From the IMG/VR virus record IMGVR_UViG_3300006105_000040, positions 1-41,725 of that record: a stretch of DNA of 41,725 bases; one strand, written 5' to 3'. The notes under the pieces are model-generated. The model was not told where the DNA came from. It did no database searches and worked only from the letters and a program-made list of their open reading frames with translations. A program made the translations under genes and the position numbers. This DNA is from a virus (Duplodnaviria; Caudoviricetes). Of the stretch, positions 28,493 through 37,454 are shown piece after piece. Position 1 is the stretch's first letter. Each line of letters opens with the position of its first letter.

Positions 28493-30172
28493 ATGCCTAG
28501 CTATAATCCACTTAACCAACAAACAACCAATATACAATCTGCGGTAGAGAACAAAGGTTTATTCAATAGATTATTGAGAGGTCTTAGCTCTTGGGGTATG
28601 AAATATGATGACATGATCATCAGAAATACTGTAGGTGTTGGTATGAATGAAGACCCTTATTCTATTAAGTCAAACTCAATGTATGACTTTTTCTCACAAA
28701 GGGCGGTTGCACAAGTTTTAAATAAAAAATCTATTCCTTATTTAGATAGAGCTTATTCTGATAAAAGAAGAATTTTAAGAGAATATTCAATCAAAGATGA
28801 AATTAGAGATTTCGTTTCTACTGTAGCAGATGAATCTATTGTATATAATGATGATAGAGATTTTTGCTTTATCAAATCTTTAACCAATGATTATTCACAA
28901 GATATCAAAGATAAATGTCAGGAATATTTTGAGAAAATTTATAATAAATATGGATTTTCAGATGGTATCACTGCTTGGAATATGATAAAAGATTTCTTGA
29001 TTGATGGTTATGTAGCTTTGGAAATAGTTTGGGATGATAAAAAGAAAAATATTATTTATTTTAATAGATTAAGACCAGAAACACTTGTTCCTGCTTATGA
29101 ACCTACAATCGGTAACTTATGGATTCAATATCCAGAAGATCCTCAGTTAAGAAGAATTTTTCTTGACTCTCAAATAGTTTTCATATCTTATTCTACTCAA
29201 CATGACTATTCAGAGACTTCTTATGTAGAAGGACTTATTAAACCATATAATCAGTTAAAAATTATTGAACAAACAAGAATTATGTTCAATGTTATTAATG
29301 CAACTGTTTATCAAAAATTTACTATACCTATTAAAGGTTTACCAAGACAAAGAGCAGAAGAACAAATTGGACAATTAATTGCTGATTATTCTGAAGAAGT
29401 TGAATGGGATGATAGCCTAGGGACTCTAACTATTAGCGGCTCTAAACATTTACCTTATAACAAGCAAATATGGTTCCCTGAAGGTGATGCTGGAACTCCA
29501 AATATGGAATTAGTTTCTCCTGAAGGTCATAATTTGAATGAAAGTGATATGTTGACTTGGTTTTTTAACTCTCTAAAAAGAGCTACTAAAATACCTTTTT
29601 CAAGATTTGAAAAAGAAAATGGTGGTGGAAATGTATTTCAAGATGCGTCAGAAATGACTAGAGATGAGGTAAAATTCTCAAATTTCATCAATAGATTAAG
29701 ATCTAATTTCAAAGAATTGATTGTAAAACCTTTGAAATTACAAATGTGTATGGAGTTTCCTGAATTAAAAGATGATGAAATATTTTTAAATCAGGTAGAT
29801 ATCAACTTTAATTCTAATCAAATATTTGAAGAATGGAAAAAATTAGCTAATATGGAAAAAAGATCTTCTATATTATCAACACTTTTAGGAATTCAAACTG
29901 CGGATGGTCAACCATATTTTCATATTGAATATTTAATTGATAAAGTAATGAAGTTGACTCCAGAAGAAAAAGAAGAAAATAAAGCTTATTGGATTAAAGC
30001 TAAAGGAATGGGAGCTGGTACATCTGCCGCTGGTGAGGGTGGAGAATTTGCACCTGAAGGCGGATCAGCACCTGAAGGAGGCGGATTAGCACCTGAAGGT
30101 GGAGTACCACCAGCACCTGAAGGAGGATCACCTGAAGCTGGAGCAGAAGGTGGTGGAGAATTTGAATTCTAA
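28493..30172 (+). CDS. Portal protein (T4 gp20-like)
   Basis: FLIDG, KPYNQLKIIE, LP..RAE, KIPFSRF, EMTRDEVKFSNFINRLRSNF. Confidence 0.92.
   Translation: MPSYNPLNQQTTNIQSAVENKGLFNRLLRGLSSWGMKYDDMIIRNTVGVGMNEDPYSIKSNSMYDFFSQRAVAQVLNKKSIPYLDRAYSDKRRILREYSIKDEIRDFVSTVADESIVYNDDRDFCFIKSLTNDYSQDIKDKCQEYFEKIYNKYGFSDGITAWNMIKDFLIDGYVALEIVWDDKKKNIIYFNRLRPETLVPAYEPTIGNLWIQYPEDPQLRRIFLDSQIVFISYSTQHDYSETSYVEGLIKPYNQLKIIEQTRIMFNVINATVYQKFTIPIKGLPRQRAEEQIGQLIADYSEEVEWDDSLGTLTISGSKHLPYNKQIWFPEGDAGTPNMELVSPEGHNLNESDMLTWFFNSLKRATKIPFSRFEKENGGGNVFQDASEMTRDEVKFSNFINRLRSNFKELIVKPLKLQMCMEFPELKDDEIFLNQVDINFNSNQIFEEWKKLANMEKRSSILSTLLGIQTADGQPYFHIEYLIDKVMKLTPEEKEENKAYWIKAKGMGAGTSAAGEGGEFAPEGGSAPEGGGLAPEGGVPPAPEGGSPEAGAEGGGEFEF
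30050..30142 (+). repeat. APEGG coding repeats in the portal tail
   Basis: gcacctgaaggngg four times. Confidence 0.8.
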
Positions 30173-30573
30173 TTTTTATATTTTTTACTAATTAATTCTT
30201 GAGATTTTGATGGATTATCAACTCCCCATTTTTCTATCATGGTTCGTTGTATTCTTTTTTTAATCTCTTTATTCTGAATTGGATAATCAACTCCATGATT
30301 AATATTCAATGACCTTTTTCTTTTAGATTCGGAGCATTTTCGACAATAGTATTCTCCCCACTTATTACCATATTTAACATAGTTTTTGAATATAACATCT
30401 TTGGTATTACCACACCCATCGCACTGACAGGTAATTTTTTGATGACTACCTGTTGATAGTAATTCAATTGGTATTAATAATTTCTCACCAATAGTAACAT
30501 TATAACCCAATTCTTCATAATAGGAATAATTGGTCTCATTAATTTTTACTGATATCTCTCTTGTTATAATCAT
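30169..30573 (-). CDS. Stand-alone homing-endonuclease-type DNA-binding domain (no nuclease)
   Basis: YYEELGY...L.TGS...CDGC...CRKC...KWGVDN aligns by eye with the N-terminus of 19070..20551. Confidence 0.65.
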   Translation of the reverse strand: MIITREISVKINETNYSYYEELGYNVTIGEKLLIPIELLSTGSHQKITCQCDGCGNTKDVIFKNYVKYGNKWGEYYCRKCSESKRKRSLNINHGVDYPIQNKEIKKRIQRTMIEKWGVDNPSKSQELISKKYKN

Positions 30574-30983
30574 TTTCTATTTAGTATTCTTTTATAAATT
30601 GGTCCTCTATCAATATCTATATTAAATGTGTTTATCTCACCACCACAAAATACGGGTTTTAAAACTAAATAATCTTCAAGGTCTTTTAATTTTTTACCTT
30701 CTGTTGTTTCAAGAATTTTAATAAACCCATAATACTTATTATTTATAGAAAAAATTTGTGAAATAACATGTGATACTCTTGATAAATCAATTTGACACAT
30801 ATAACTATTTGTATATGGCTCACCAATAACTGGTAAAAAATTTGATTTTTCTTCAAATTTTTCATCTAATAACTCACAAATAGCTTTTTCTCTATGATGA
30901 AATTTATTATTCTTAAAATTGATAAATAATTTATCAAAATCTTGGATTTCTGTAAAAATTTCAAGCTTAATAAAATTTTCCAT
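30570..30983 (-). CDS. Degenerate prohead-protease paralog
   Basis: GE...IDLSRVSHVI...GFIKILETTEGKKLKDL resembles the gp21 fold but lacks the HP and SSR motifs; start uncertain (30983, 30989 or 31001). Confidence 0.55.
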   Translation of the reverse strand: MENFIKLEIFTEIQDFDKLFINFKNNKFHHREKAICELLDEKFEEKSNFLPVIGEPYTNSYMCQIDLSRVSHVISQIFSINNKYYGFIKILETTEGKKLKDLEDYLVLKPVFCGGEINTFNIDIDRGPIYKRILNRK

Positions 30984-31099
30984 GATCATTATAGAAGTCA
31001 AAATTCACAAAGTTTTTCGTCTATCTATAAAAAATCCACCCTTTATTTTTTTAGGTTTTTCAAGGTTATATATATTGATACAAAATAATTAATTAATTA

Positions 31100-33205
31100 A
31101 TGAAACCAGTACTAATTGTTGAAAACAATACAAGTCCTTTAAGTCTATATGAAAGCACTCAAACAGGCAAGAAAGATTATGTTTTAGGTGGTATATTCAC
31201 TGAATTCGGTGTTAAAAACCGTAATGAAAGAATATACACAGCTGACAAATTCATTCCATGCTTAGATGAACTTAATGAAAGAATCAGTACTATGGGTGTA
31301 GTTTATGGTGAGTTCGACCACCCTGATGTTTTTGACACATCACTTTCAAGAGCTTCTCACCTTATCAGAAGTGTAAATTATGTCAAAGAACATAATAGAG
31401 TTGATGGTAAAATCAAACTATTAAATACCTATTGGGGTAAAGAAGCAAAAGCTTTAGTTGATGATGGTTGTCCAGTTTTTGTTTCATCAAGAGCTGCTGG
31501 TATTACAGAAGCTGATGGAACTGTAACATTAAAAAAATTATTTACTTATGATATAGTTGCTGATCCGGGTTTCGCATCAGCTAAATTAAGCTCAATCAAT
31601 GAGTCATTAAACTATTCAAATAACACCAACTTTAGGATATATGAAATGTCCGATGAGTCAAAAATTAACGATTTATTCAACATGAACAAAGATCAATTTG
31701 TTACCAAAAATCAGTTAACCGACTATTCTAAGTATATCATCAATGAGATATCATCTACTAAGAAAGAAGTTAGAACTGCATTAAAATCTGGTAACTTAAA
31801 TCCGAAAAAGCTAGAACAACTCTTAGAATACTACGAAGAGTTACAAAAAACTAACGACCAAGTAGTTAAGTACTTAGATTACTTAGCTGAGAAGGTACAA
31901 ATTGTTGTTAATGAAAACAAATCATTAAAATCAACAACTGACAAATTAGTTAGTCACAATGACTACTTAGCAGAAAACTTAGAAAAAGCTATCAATTATT
32001 CTGAGTATGTAGCAGAAAATTTAGATAAGAATATTTCTTACTCTGAATATATCGCTGAAAACTTAGACAAAAACATTGTTTACTCTGAATATATCGCTGA
32101 GAATTTAGATAAGAATATTTCTTACTCTGAATATATCGCTGAGAACTTAGACAAAAACATTGCTTACTCTGAATATATCGCTGAAAACTTAGACAAAAAC
32201 ATTGCTTACTCTGAATATATCGCTGAGAATTTAGATAAGAATATTTCTTACTCTGAATATATCGCAGAAAATTTAGATAACACAATTGCTTATTCTGAAT
32301 ATTTAGCAGAACATGTAGAAGGTAACATCGCCTACTCTGAATACATCGCTGAACATTTAGATGATAATATCGCTTATGCAGAATACATTGCTGAGAATTT
32401 AGATAAAACTGTTTCTTATGCAGGTATGATTTCTGAAAAATTAAATGGCGGTAAATTATTTGAAAACAATGGTGAATCATTACCAAGTTTAAAAGACGCT
32501 GGTTTTGAAATGTTACCAGAATTTGAAGAAGAAGAAGAAGAAGGGTGGAATGATCACGAAGAAGAAGAAGAACATGAGGGACATGAGGGTCATGAAGGAC
32601 ATGAAGGACATGAAGATCATGAAAGTCACGAAGAAGAAGAAGAAGGGCATGAGGAAGACGAAAAAATGGAAGAAAATTTTGATGGTAAGTCAGACAGTGA
32701 TTTATCAAAACAAATAGACAAACTAATAGAAGAAGCTAAAAAACGTAAAGTTTCTGAATCTAGCGATTTGCATTTCTTGAAGTTTTTAAACAAGTCTCAA
32801 GTTGATAGTTTTTACGAATTATCAAATGAAGATCAAGAACAAGTAAAACTTTATATAAACGAAAGAAGTTATTTTACAAGTTCTGAAGTTATAAAACTTA
32901 TCACTGAAGCACTTTCAGTTAAGAATGAAAAAATCGAGGACAAATTAGTCAGATTGATGCCTGAAAACATTAAGCCAATCTGGAGTCAATTAAACGAGGG
33001 TTCTAAAAAATCTATCTTATCACAAGCTAGATTATATCCAGAATTGAATACCGAATCTAAAATCGAACATTTCTGGTTAACTAGAAACCTTAAGAAAAAT
33101 GAATCTGTAACAAAGAAATTAGTTGCACACGAAAGTTTAATTCAAGAAGATAGACTTTCTGATAGTGAAGTTAATTTAATCATGGAAAGATTCAAAAACC
33201 TTTAA
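31100..33205 (+). CDS. Prohead protease (gp21-like) fused to a scaffold region
   Basis: NRNERIY, GEFDHP, SH, VSSRAAG, TYDIVADPGF, followed by coiled coil, repeats and an acidic linker; immediately upstream of the MCP. Confidence 0.9.
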   Translation: MKPVLIVENNTSPLSLYESTQTGKKDYVLGGIFTEFGVKNRNERIYTADKFIPCLDELNERISTMGVVYGEFDHPDVFDTSLSRASHLIRSVNYVKEHNRVDGKIKLLNTYWGKEAKALVDDGCPVFVSSRAAGITEADGTVTLKKLFTYDIVADPGFASAKLSSINESLNYSNNTNFRIYEMSDESKINDLFNMNKDQFVTKNQLTDYSKYIINEISSTKKEVRTALKSGNLNPKKLEQLLEYYEELQKTNDQVVKYLDYLAEKVQIVVNENKSLKSTTDKLVSHNDYLAENLEKAINYSEYVAENLDKNISYSEYIAENLDKNIVYSEYIAENLDKNISYSEYIAENLDKNIAYSEYIAENLDKNIAYSEYIAENLDKNISYSEYIAENLDNTIAYSEYLAEHVEGNIAYSEYIAEHLDDNIAYAEYIAENLDKTVSYAGMISEKLNGGKLFENNGESLPSLKDAGFEMLPEFEEEEEEGWNDHEEEEEHEGHEGHEGHEGHEDHESHEEEEEGHEEDEKMEENFDGKSDSDLSKQIDKLIEEAKKRKVSESSDLHFLKFLNKSQVDSFYELSNEDQEQVKLYINERSYFTSSEVIKLITEALSVKNEKIEDKLVRLMPENIKPIWSQLNEGSKKSILSQARLYPELNTESKIEHFWLTRNLKKNESVTKKLVAHESLIQEDRLSDSEVNLIMERFKNL
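31955..32437 (+). repeat. 42-bp (14-aa) coding tandem repeat YSEYIAENLDKNI(S/A/V)
   Basis: Ten units at 31997-32416 plus degenerate flanking units. Confidence 0.95.
32525..32660 (+). repeat. Poly-Glu and HEG 9-bp coding repeats
   Basis: gaa runs and catga(a/g)ggn four times. Confidence 0.85.
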
Positions 33206-33250
33206 TCTTTATAACAAAATTATAAAGACCAAAAAACAAAAAAAATTCAA

Positions 33251-34915
33251 ATGTCAAACATTAGAATAGACAAACAAAAAGCCTACAAAAAATGGGCTCC
33301 AGTATTAGAGAACATGGGAGTTCAAGGCGAAGAAAGATTAGATTGGATGTCAGAATATGCTGAGTACCACTCAATCAATGAAAACGCATACCTTAACGCA
33401 GGTATCGCAGGTATGGGTAACGTAGTAGCTCCTCAACCAGCTGCTTACTCAGGACAAACTGTAAACACTACAGGTACTCAAGTTGGTTCTGGTGACTTAG
33501 GTCAAAACTTATTACCAGTAGCAATGAAGATTGCAGCTCAAACAATTGGTCTTGACCTTGTTGCTGTAAAACCTTCTCCAGGTCCAAAAATCGACTTGTT
33601 ATACATCGATTTCCAATACGATGATTTACAAGGTCCTGATTTCAGACCACAATTATTCAAATTGAATAGTGATAACTCAAGTGCTGTTATTAGTGCTATT
33701 ACTGCTGACTTAGCTTCTGCAAGTATCACTCAGACAGTAGGTGGCTTATCAGGTGGTAGATTATGGTATAACATCAGCTCTAGTGGCAATGGTTCTACTA
33801 CTGATCCTAGCCCAAGCAATCACCAAAATATCGTAGAGTTCTTAGGATTCTCTCGTATTGATGGTTTACCAATGTTTAAGGCTTACAGACAAGCTAACGC
33901 AGTTGGATACGGTGGAACTCCGGTTACTGCTCCTTATACATTCGACCAAACTTTAAACACATTTACACCAAGCGCATCAATGCTTTCTCAAATCATTTAT
34001 GTGAGCACTGTAGGTGTTACGGCTAGCAATCCTCAAGTTGAATTAATTTCAGCTTTAGAAGACCATATTCCTGGTTTCGTTTCTAACTGGACTTCTGCTG
34101 GTAATTTCCCTGGTCAATATCCAATGGGAAGAGGTGATGATGACAACACTTATGCTGGTGTAATCGGACCTAAAATTTCTTCTAAAACTGTTGCAGTTGG
34201 TAGTATTGAAGTATCTTCAGCATTAAGAAGAACTGAAATTGAAGATATCAAAGCTAACACTGGTATGGATATCGTTCAAAAAATGGAGTCTATCCTTGTT
34301 AACGAATTGTCTCAAACAATTTCTAAACAAATCGTAGCTAAAATCTTCGAATTAGGTGTATTAAACAAACAATCTGCTCCTGTAAGAAGTGGTGTTTCTA
34401 TCTTCGATTTAAACACAAACTACGTAGCATCTGGCCCAGGTGGTGAAACTACACACGCTGTACAAAGAAAGTTAATCACTAAATTAGTACACGCTTCTAA
34501 CTTCATCGCAACTGAAGGTCGTGTTGGACCAGCTCAATTCGCTGTTACAAACGGAGGTTTAGCAGCAGCTTTCATGGATATCGCTGGTTACACTATTAAC
34601 CCAGTTAAATCTAAATTAAACGGATCAGGTCAATTATACCCTGTAGGTCAAATCGGTGATATCACTATATATGTTGATCCTTACATGAAGTATAACGACG
34701 ACAGAATTGTTATCGGTAGAAAGAACAATCCTGATCAACCTGGTGTTATCTTTGTTCCATATTTAATGGCACAATCTATTAGCATCATTTCTGAAGCTAC
34801 TTTCGCTCCAAGAATGCTTTTACGTTCTAGATATGCTGTAGCTGAAGTTGGTTGGTATCCTCAAAAACAATATATGCAAATCAACGTTACTGACGCTGGT
34901 GGTTACCTTAACTAA
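33251..34915 (+). CDS. Major capsid protein (T4 gp23-like)
   Basis: KKWAPVLE, IGLDLVAVKP, YVDPY, FVPY, TFAPRMLLRSRYAV; codon usage typical of a highly expressed gene. Confidence 0.92.
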   Translation: MSNIRIDKQKAYKKWAPVLENMGVQGEERLDWMSEYAEYHSINENAYLNAGIAGMGNVVAPQPAAYSGQTVNTTGTQVGSGDLGQNLLPVAMKIAAQTIGLDLVAVKPSPGPKIDLLYIDFQYDDLQGPDFRPQLFKLNSDNSSAVISAITADLASASITQTVGGLSGGRLWYNISSSGNGSTTDPSPSNHQNIVEFLGFSRIDGLPMFKAYRQANAVGYGGTPVTAPYTFDQTLNTFTPSASMLSQIIYVSTVGVTASNPQVELISALEDHIPGFVSNWTSAGNFPGQYPMGRGDDDNTYAGVIGPKISSKTVAVGSIEVSSALRRTEIEDIKANTGMDIVQKMESILVNELSQTISKQIVAKIFELGVLNKQSAPVRSGVSIFDLNTNYVASGPGGETTHAVQRKLITKLVHASNFIATEGRVGPAQFAVTNGGLAAAFMDIAGYTINPVKSKLNGSGQLYPVGQIGDITIYVDPYMKYNDDRIVIGRKNNPDQPGVIFVPYLMAQSISIISEATFAPRMLLRSRYAVAEVGWYPQKQYMQINVTDAGGYLN

Positions 34916-34933
34916 TACATATATTAGTCTTAA

Positions 34934-34961
34934 AAAAACCCTCTCATTTGAGAGGGTTTTT
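34934..34961 (+). terminator. Intrinsic terminator after the MCP
   Basis: aaaaaccctctc-attt-gagagggttttt. Confidence 0.85.
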
Positions 34962-35013
34962 CATTTAAAGGGAAATGCATTATTTAATATATATCTGAAA
35001 CAACATTTGCACG

Positions 35014-36519
35014 ATGAATACGGAAAAAATTAAAATATTAAATGATATAACTCAAAATAAATCAAATAGACTTCGCGAATCTTATTTAAAAAAAAATTAT
35101 ATTAATATTTATAATGATATACAATCATATTGTAGTAATATACCTGACTTACCATTTATTCAAAAGATATGGCATTGGACAAATGATATGAATAGTTATT
35201 TTTTATGTAAATGTGGTAAGAAAACATCATTTAATAGAAATTGGATTGAAGGGTATAGAAAAAACTGTTCTGCTAAATGTTCACAATCAGAAAATGATGT
35301 AAAGGAAAAAAGAAAAAAGACAACTATAGAAAAATATGGGGTTGATAATATTGCAAAAATAGAATCTATAAAAATAAAAACAGAAAAGACAAACATTGAA
35401 AAATATGGATACAAATCATCATTTCAAAATATAGATGTTAAAAATAAATGGAGAAAAACAATTATAGAAAAATATGGAACTGATCATTATTTTAAAACAG
35501 ATGAATTTAAAATAAAAACTAAAAAATATTACTTAGAAAAATATGGAGTTGAGCATCAGTTAGATATAGAATATGTTAAACAAAGGATAAAAGAAACATG
35601 TATTAGAAAATATGGAGTTAATACTTATTTAAATACGGATCATTCAAGATCTTGTATCAAAAAATATAATAGATCTTCTTATGAGGATGAAATTATCAAT
35701 TGGATTAAGTCAATGGGTATATATGTTGAATCATCAAGTAGAATAATAAGTCCGATGATAATAGATATATATCTACCCGATAATAAAATAGCAATAGAAT
35801 TTAATGGATTATATTGGCATTCTGAAATATTTAAAGATAAAAATTATCATATAGAAAAAACAAAAAGATGTGATAATATAGGTATATCATTAATACATAT
35901 TTGGGAAGATGATTGGATAAATAGAAAAGAAATATTGAAATCTATTATATCTAATAAAATAGGAATTATCAAAAACAAAATATTTGCTAGAAAATGTATA
36001 ATAAAAGAAGTTAATAATGATATAACCTCTAGATTTTTAAATGATAATCATATACAAGGATATACCAAATTTAGTGATTCTATAGGACTATATTACAATG
36101 ATGAATTAGTTAGTCTAATGTGTTTTGGATGGAGAAGTACAAATGGTAAAAAAGAATATGAATTAATTAGATTTTGTAATAAATTAAATGTTAGTGTCAT
36201 TGGATCAGCTTCTAAAATTTTTAAATTTTTTATAACTAAATCTAATATAGAAGATATTACATCTTACAGCGATATATCAATATTTAATGGTAATTTATAT
36301 AGAAAATTAGGATTTAAATTTATACAAAGAAGTGCAGTTAATTATTGGTGGGTAGTTAATGGCATTAGAAGGCATAGATTCAATTACAATAAAAAGAAAT
36401 TGGTGAAAAATGGATATGATCCATTAAAAACTGAGGTTGAAATAATGCACGAAATTGGTAATTATAGAATATTTGGATGTGGTCAAGATAAATGGATATG
36501 GCATAAAAATAAAACATAG
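35014..36519 (+). CDS. Hef-like homing endonuclease
   Basis: Five KYG repeats, IEFNGLYWH, IWEDDW, NHIQG, ELIRFC, SYSD; close paralog of 16790..18517. Confidence 0.75.
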   Translation: MNTEKIKILNDITQNKSNRLRESYLKKNYINIYNDIQSYCSNIPDLPFIQKIWHWTNDMNSYFLCKCGKKTSFNRNWIEGYRKNCSAKCSQSENDVKEKRKKTTIEKYGVDNIAKIESIKIKTEKTNIEKYGYKSSFQNIDVKNKWRKTIIEKYGTDHYFKTDEFKIKTKKYYLEKYGVEHQLDIEYVKQRIKETCIRKYGVNTYLNTDHSRSCIKKYNRSSYEDEIINWIKSMGIYVESSSRIISPMIIDIYLPDNKIAIEFNGLYWHSEIFKDKNYHIEKTKRCDNIGISLIHIWEDDWINRKEILKSIISNKIGIIKNKIFARKCIIKEVNNDITSRFLNDNHIQGYTKFSDSIGLYYNDELVSLMCFGWRSTNGKKEYELIRFCNKLNVSVIGSASKIFKFFITKSNIEDITSYSDISIFNGNLYRKLGFKFIQRSAVNYWWVVNGIRRHRFNYNKKKLVKNGYDPLKTEVEIMHEIGNYRIFGCGQDKWIWHKNKT

Positions 36520-36546
36520 GTATGAATATTTAATATATATTAAAAT

Positions 36547-36619
36547 GCAGTTTAGGTGTAACGTTTGCACGCTCATATTCCATATGAGAGGATGTGGTTA
36601 AATTCCACAAACTTGCTCA
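36547..36619 (+). tRNA. Degenerate tRNA-Gly(TCC)-like RNA
   Basis: Cloverleaf: acceptor gcagttt/aacttgc (one mismatch), D stem gtgt/gcac, anticodon arm ctcat-attccat-atgag, T arm tgtgg-ttaaatt-ccaca, U discriminator. Confidence 0.65.
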
Positions 36620-36623
36620 AAAA

Positions 36624-37454
36624 CTATATAGCAATTTCTATATTTGATATCAATTTTGATATACATTTCGTATTATAAATTAGGAAGTCATCTATATTAA
36701 AGTCATAAAAATCACGATGACTTTTTAACTCAATAGTTGGTTGTAAATCTAGAGAATCCTTATTTAAAATTTCATTAGCAGCATCATAATGTCTATCATA
36801 TATATGTAAGTTTTGAACAAAATGACAAAATTTACCTACTTTATAACCAAGATGTGAAGCAAACATAATCTGTAAAGCAACATACTGTATCTTATTTATA
36901 TATCCAGCCATTATATAATCATTAGATCTTTGATTCAAAGTTAGATCTAAAAATAAATCACCATTATTACTTCTAACACTCCAAATAGTTTCATAAGCAC
37001 ATGGATACAAACCCTTTGTTTCATTCAAATCACTTTCTTGATACATATTAATGATGTGTCTTCTGGAATATGGATCAATTTTTAGAGATTTTAATGTTGT
37101 ATTGACAAGATCATATTTTTTGATGGTTGCTCCGTATCTTTGTCCAATTGTTCCATCACCAATATCCCATTCATTCCACCAATTAATACCCATGTCCATA
37201 GCATCTTTTAGAGAATTTGATTGTTTTTGATATATCCAAAGTATTTCTTTTATACCAGTTTTAATAGCAGTATTTCTCAATGTTGTTATTGGAAATTCAC
37301 CTTTTGAAATATCATATTCCTCAAAAACTTGAGTAATAAATTTAGTATGAGCTGGTGTTCCATCTTTATATTTTGGCCTAGGATTATAATCCAAAGATCC
37401 TTCCTCAATTATCTTTCTAAGATTATTTTTATAATAGAAATCTGCCTTATTCAT
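36624..37454 (-). CDS. thyA: Thymidylate synthase
   Basis: FPITTLR, EILW, G..YG, PYSRRHI, LYPC, QRSND, N..QY, HIYDRH. Confidence 0.92.
   Translation of the reverse strand: MNKADFYYKNNLRKIIEEGSLDYNPRPKYKDGTPAHTKFITQVFEEYDISKGEFPITTLRNTAIKTGIKEILWIYQKQSNSLKDAMDMGINWWNEWDIGDGTIGQRYGATIKKYDLVNTTLKSLKIDPYSRRHIINMYQESDLNETKGLYPCAYETIWSVRSNNGDLFLDLTLNQRSNDYIMAGYINKIQYVALQIMFASHLGYKVGKFCHFVQNLHIYDRHYDAANEILNKDSLDLQPTIELKSHRDFYDFNIDDFLIYNTKCISKLISNIEIAI

Noticed and set aside
31997-32416. 42-bp repeat array as a CRISPR array
   Set aside because: The units are contiguous without unique spacers, are in frame within the protease ORF, and vary mainly at synonymous sites.
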